From: Macrostomum lignano
Lineage: Eukaryota
Direction of reading: 5' to 3'
Assembly: GCA_002269645.1 (NCBI GenBank)
Contig: NIVC01000042.1
Span: 585,008 to 649,007 of the forward strand
Length of the DNA stretch: 64,000 bases
In this document: piece after piece, positions 61,470 through 64,000 of the stretch
Position numbering within the stretch: the stretch's first letter is position 1
Layout: each line of letters begins with the position of its first letter
Position numbers and translations under genes: made by a program
The notes under the pieces: model-generated
What the model saw: only the letters and a program-made list of their open reading frames with translations
What the model was told of the DNA's origin: nothing
Databases searched by the model: none

Positions 61470-63722
61470 GTGAACCATAGTCCATCATTCAGCACCGATT
61501 CTCAGCTTGATCTGGACATCAAATCGCTTTAATCCTGGACACGCTGCGGCTAGTCAACATTGGCGCGGTGGACAAGCGCAAAGCGATGGAAGAGGAGCGA
61601 AGAAAGCGCGCGATAGGCTCTTCCAGCGAGGCAGCAGGCGGGAAGCGCAGGTAATTATACAAATGTAGTGTGGTGTGTGTGTGAGATGTCTAATTACCGA
61701 TCATACTCAATTTTTGGTTGTTAATTTCTAAATGGTAAGCCGGTTAAGGATGAGATTTTTTGGGGGGGGGGGGAATATGGATTGTTATTGCCTCCAGTCT
61801 TCATCCCCCCACGCCCACCACCCAATCTCTTCCCCACGCCCACCAACCCATTCTCTTCCCCCCACGCCCACCACTCCAATCTCTTTCCGAAGTGAAGGGT
61901 CTCTTCCCCCCACCACCCAAACTCTTTCCCCCGCGCCCACCACCTCAATCTCATTACCAGCCATGCCATCACCCCAATCTCTTTCCCCCCACGCCCACCA
62001 CCCCAATCTCTTCCCCCCCCCACGCCCACCACCCCAATCTCTTCCTTCCACGCCCACCAGCCCAATCTCTTTCCCCCCACGCCCACCACCCCAATCTCTT
62101 TACCCCCACCCCATTACCTAATCTCATTACCAGCCATGCCACCACCCCAATTTCTTTCCCCCACGCGTACCACCCCAATCTCATTACCAGCCAAGCCACC
62201 ACCCCAATCTCTTTCCTCCCCACGCGTACCACCCCAATCTCATTACCAGCCATGTCCACCACCCCAATCTTTTTATCAGCCATGCCCACCACCCAATCTC
62301 TTTTCCGAGCGAAGGATCTCTTCCCCCGCCACCCAATCTCTTTCCCCACGCCCACCACCCCCATCTCTTTCCCCCCACGCCCAACATCCCAATCTCTTTC
62401 CCCCACGCCAACATCCCAATCTCTTTCCCCCACGCCCAACATCCCAATCTCTTTCCCCCACGCAACATCCCAATCTCTTTCCCCCCTACGCTCGCCACCC
62501 CAATCTCTTTACCAGCCATGCCACACTTAAATCTCTTCCCCCGCCCACCTCTCTTCAAAGCTCCCACCAAACCGCCGCCGCACACAGAGAAGACACAGAA
62601 GCGATTTTGGCCCAATCAGCTGAGTCGCTGCCGCCGCTACGAAGACGCTCACCTGGGCAATTATGCGTTCGAATCTATCCGCCTCAGGCGGGCCAGGCAG
62701 ACCGGTACGCCGCGCTTTATGACCCAGGCCGGCTCCATCTATCACGAGACGGCCGCGGCTCGAGCTCGGGCGACTGCGCCAGACAATTGCGGCGAGACCT
62801 GGAAAGAAAATGGGCCGAGGAGAGAGAGTTTGCTAACAGGCAGCAGCAGCAGCAGGGTACGGCCAGGCAGAGCAGACACACAAATAACAACAGCAACAGC
62901 AAAAGCAGAAACAGGCAAGGCCGGAGAGTCCAACGGACTCACAAGCGTCTGACAGAGTTAAGACGAAGCGAGAGTCTGCGGTGACTCCGTCAATGCAGCA
63001 GACGCCGACGCAGCCTCTTCCTCCCAGATCGTTGAGAATGACAAAAAGTGACTCCGACCAGCTACTCTCTCGCTTCCCGAGAGGTTCAGATAAATATATA
63101 TATATCTACATAAATATTATTTGAATTTGTTTTTAGCACTACTTTTCGACTGCAGTAGTATCAATAGTGAATTCTGTTAAATTTTTAGTGCACCACACTA
63201 ATTTTTAACTGAACATACGTAATTATGTCTCTCTCATGTCGGGCGGTTTCTCTATCTAAATAGCTCCGTCTTATCAATGTATCAATCGTCAGTCAAATCT
63301 CACTCCACAATTGTCACGTCCATCAATTGTCCCAGGCCGTCCGCGAGCGTGCAGAATCCAGCAGCAGCTTCGAGAGGCCGCGGAGACACAGCCGGGCGCA
63401 GCCAATCGTGGATGAAGAAGAAATCGAGCGACTGTCCGGTCTGCTGCAGCGGGACAACCTGCTGCGCAGCATGGGCATCACCGAGCTGGTGTACCGGATG
63501 CTGCACTGCACCCCGCATCAGTGCAATGGCAGCGCTGCCTGGCAATCAGCAGCTACCAGCGATTGCTTTCAGAACGGCAGCAGCGGCGGAAAATCGATAT
63601 TTCGTCGACCAGACAGCCGGCGGCGGGCATTCGTTCGGCGCCGGCTGCAGCAGCAGCGATTGCTCATGCTCATGCAGCTGCAGGCGACAGACCACGGCGC
63701 CGGAGATGCGATGGACGGACTG
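61470..63722 (+). CDS. TTLL6: TTLL6/13-like exons 9-11 (frameshifted as assembled; gene continues beyond the window)
   Basis: Exons ~61470-61650 (VNHSPSFSTDSQLD), ~62561-62980 (RYEDAHLGNY..RIYP..GSIYHETAAARAR), 63336-63722 (DEEEIERLSGLLQRDNLLR); several single-base frameshifts. Confidence 0.75.
61800..62520. repeat. C-rich degenerate minisatellite (CCCACGCCCACCACCCCAATCTCTTTCC)
   Basis: Fills TTLL intron 9. Confidence 0.88.
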
Positions 63723-63764
63723 GTGAGGGGGGGGTGATTATCATTTCTTTAACAGAAGGTATCT

Positions 63765-64000
63765 GGGGGGCGATGGAGGTCCAGGGGGTAGTTGGGGGGG
63801 GGCGATGAGGTCGAGAGGGTAGTTGGGGGGGCGATGGAGGTCCAGGGGGTAGTTGGGGGGGCAATTGGAGGTCCGGGGCGTAGTTGGGGGGGCGCGATGG
63901 AGGTCGAGAGGGTAGTTGGGGGCGATGGAGGTCGCAAGGGGTAGTTGGGGGGGGGGGAGATGGAGGTCAGGGGGTAGTTGGGGGCGATGGAGGTCCAGCG
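63765..64000. repeat. G-rich tandem repeat (GGCGATGGAGGTCCAGGGGGTAGTTGGGG)
   Basis: Tandem units to the end of the window. Confidence 0.85.

Noticed and set aside
61721-62530. Pro-rich and Gly/Trp-rich ORFs
   Set aside because: Translations of the C-rich intronic repeat
1-64000. tRNA, rRNA or SL RNA genes
   Set aside because: No recognisable sequence or structure by eye; a covariance-model scan would be needed to exclude them

Overview
Eukaryotic (metazoan) genomic DNA with spliceosomal introns. Short GC-rich exons are separated by introns that usually carry their own minisatellite. This style resembles a repeat-rich free-living flatworm such as Macrostomum (inference only). Host genes: the 3' exons of COMMD5 (+), two divergent Fic/AMPylase-domain genes in tandem (-), an orphan NAXD-like last exon (+), RMC1/C18orf8 (+, 5 exons), a METTL7/TMT1-like methyltransferase (+), CKS (-), and a TTLL6/13-like tubulin polyglutamylase (+, runs off the window, with frameshifts in its 3' exons). 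Mobile DNA: an intact 4.3-kb Ty3/Gypsy element inside a COMMD5 intron, remnants of mariner, Harbinger, Merlin and a PHD-FLYWCH-MULE element, two foldback-like elements with 9-bp TSDs, and several MITEs. The main candidate system is the Fic pair. Fic-1 appears to carry Gly at the position of the regulatory Glu (FICD E234). Fic-2 keeps an EG motif on a separate upstream exon not joined by the ORF track. That exon can splice to the catalytic exon (325 aa) or to a nearer acceptor that gives an 81-aa peptide resembling a Fic antitoxin. All homology calls are from recognising motifs by eye; no searches were run.
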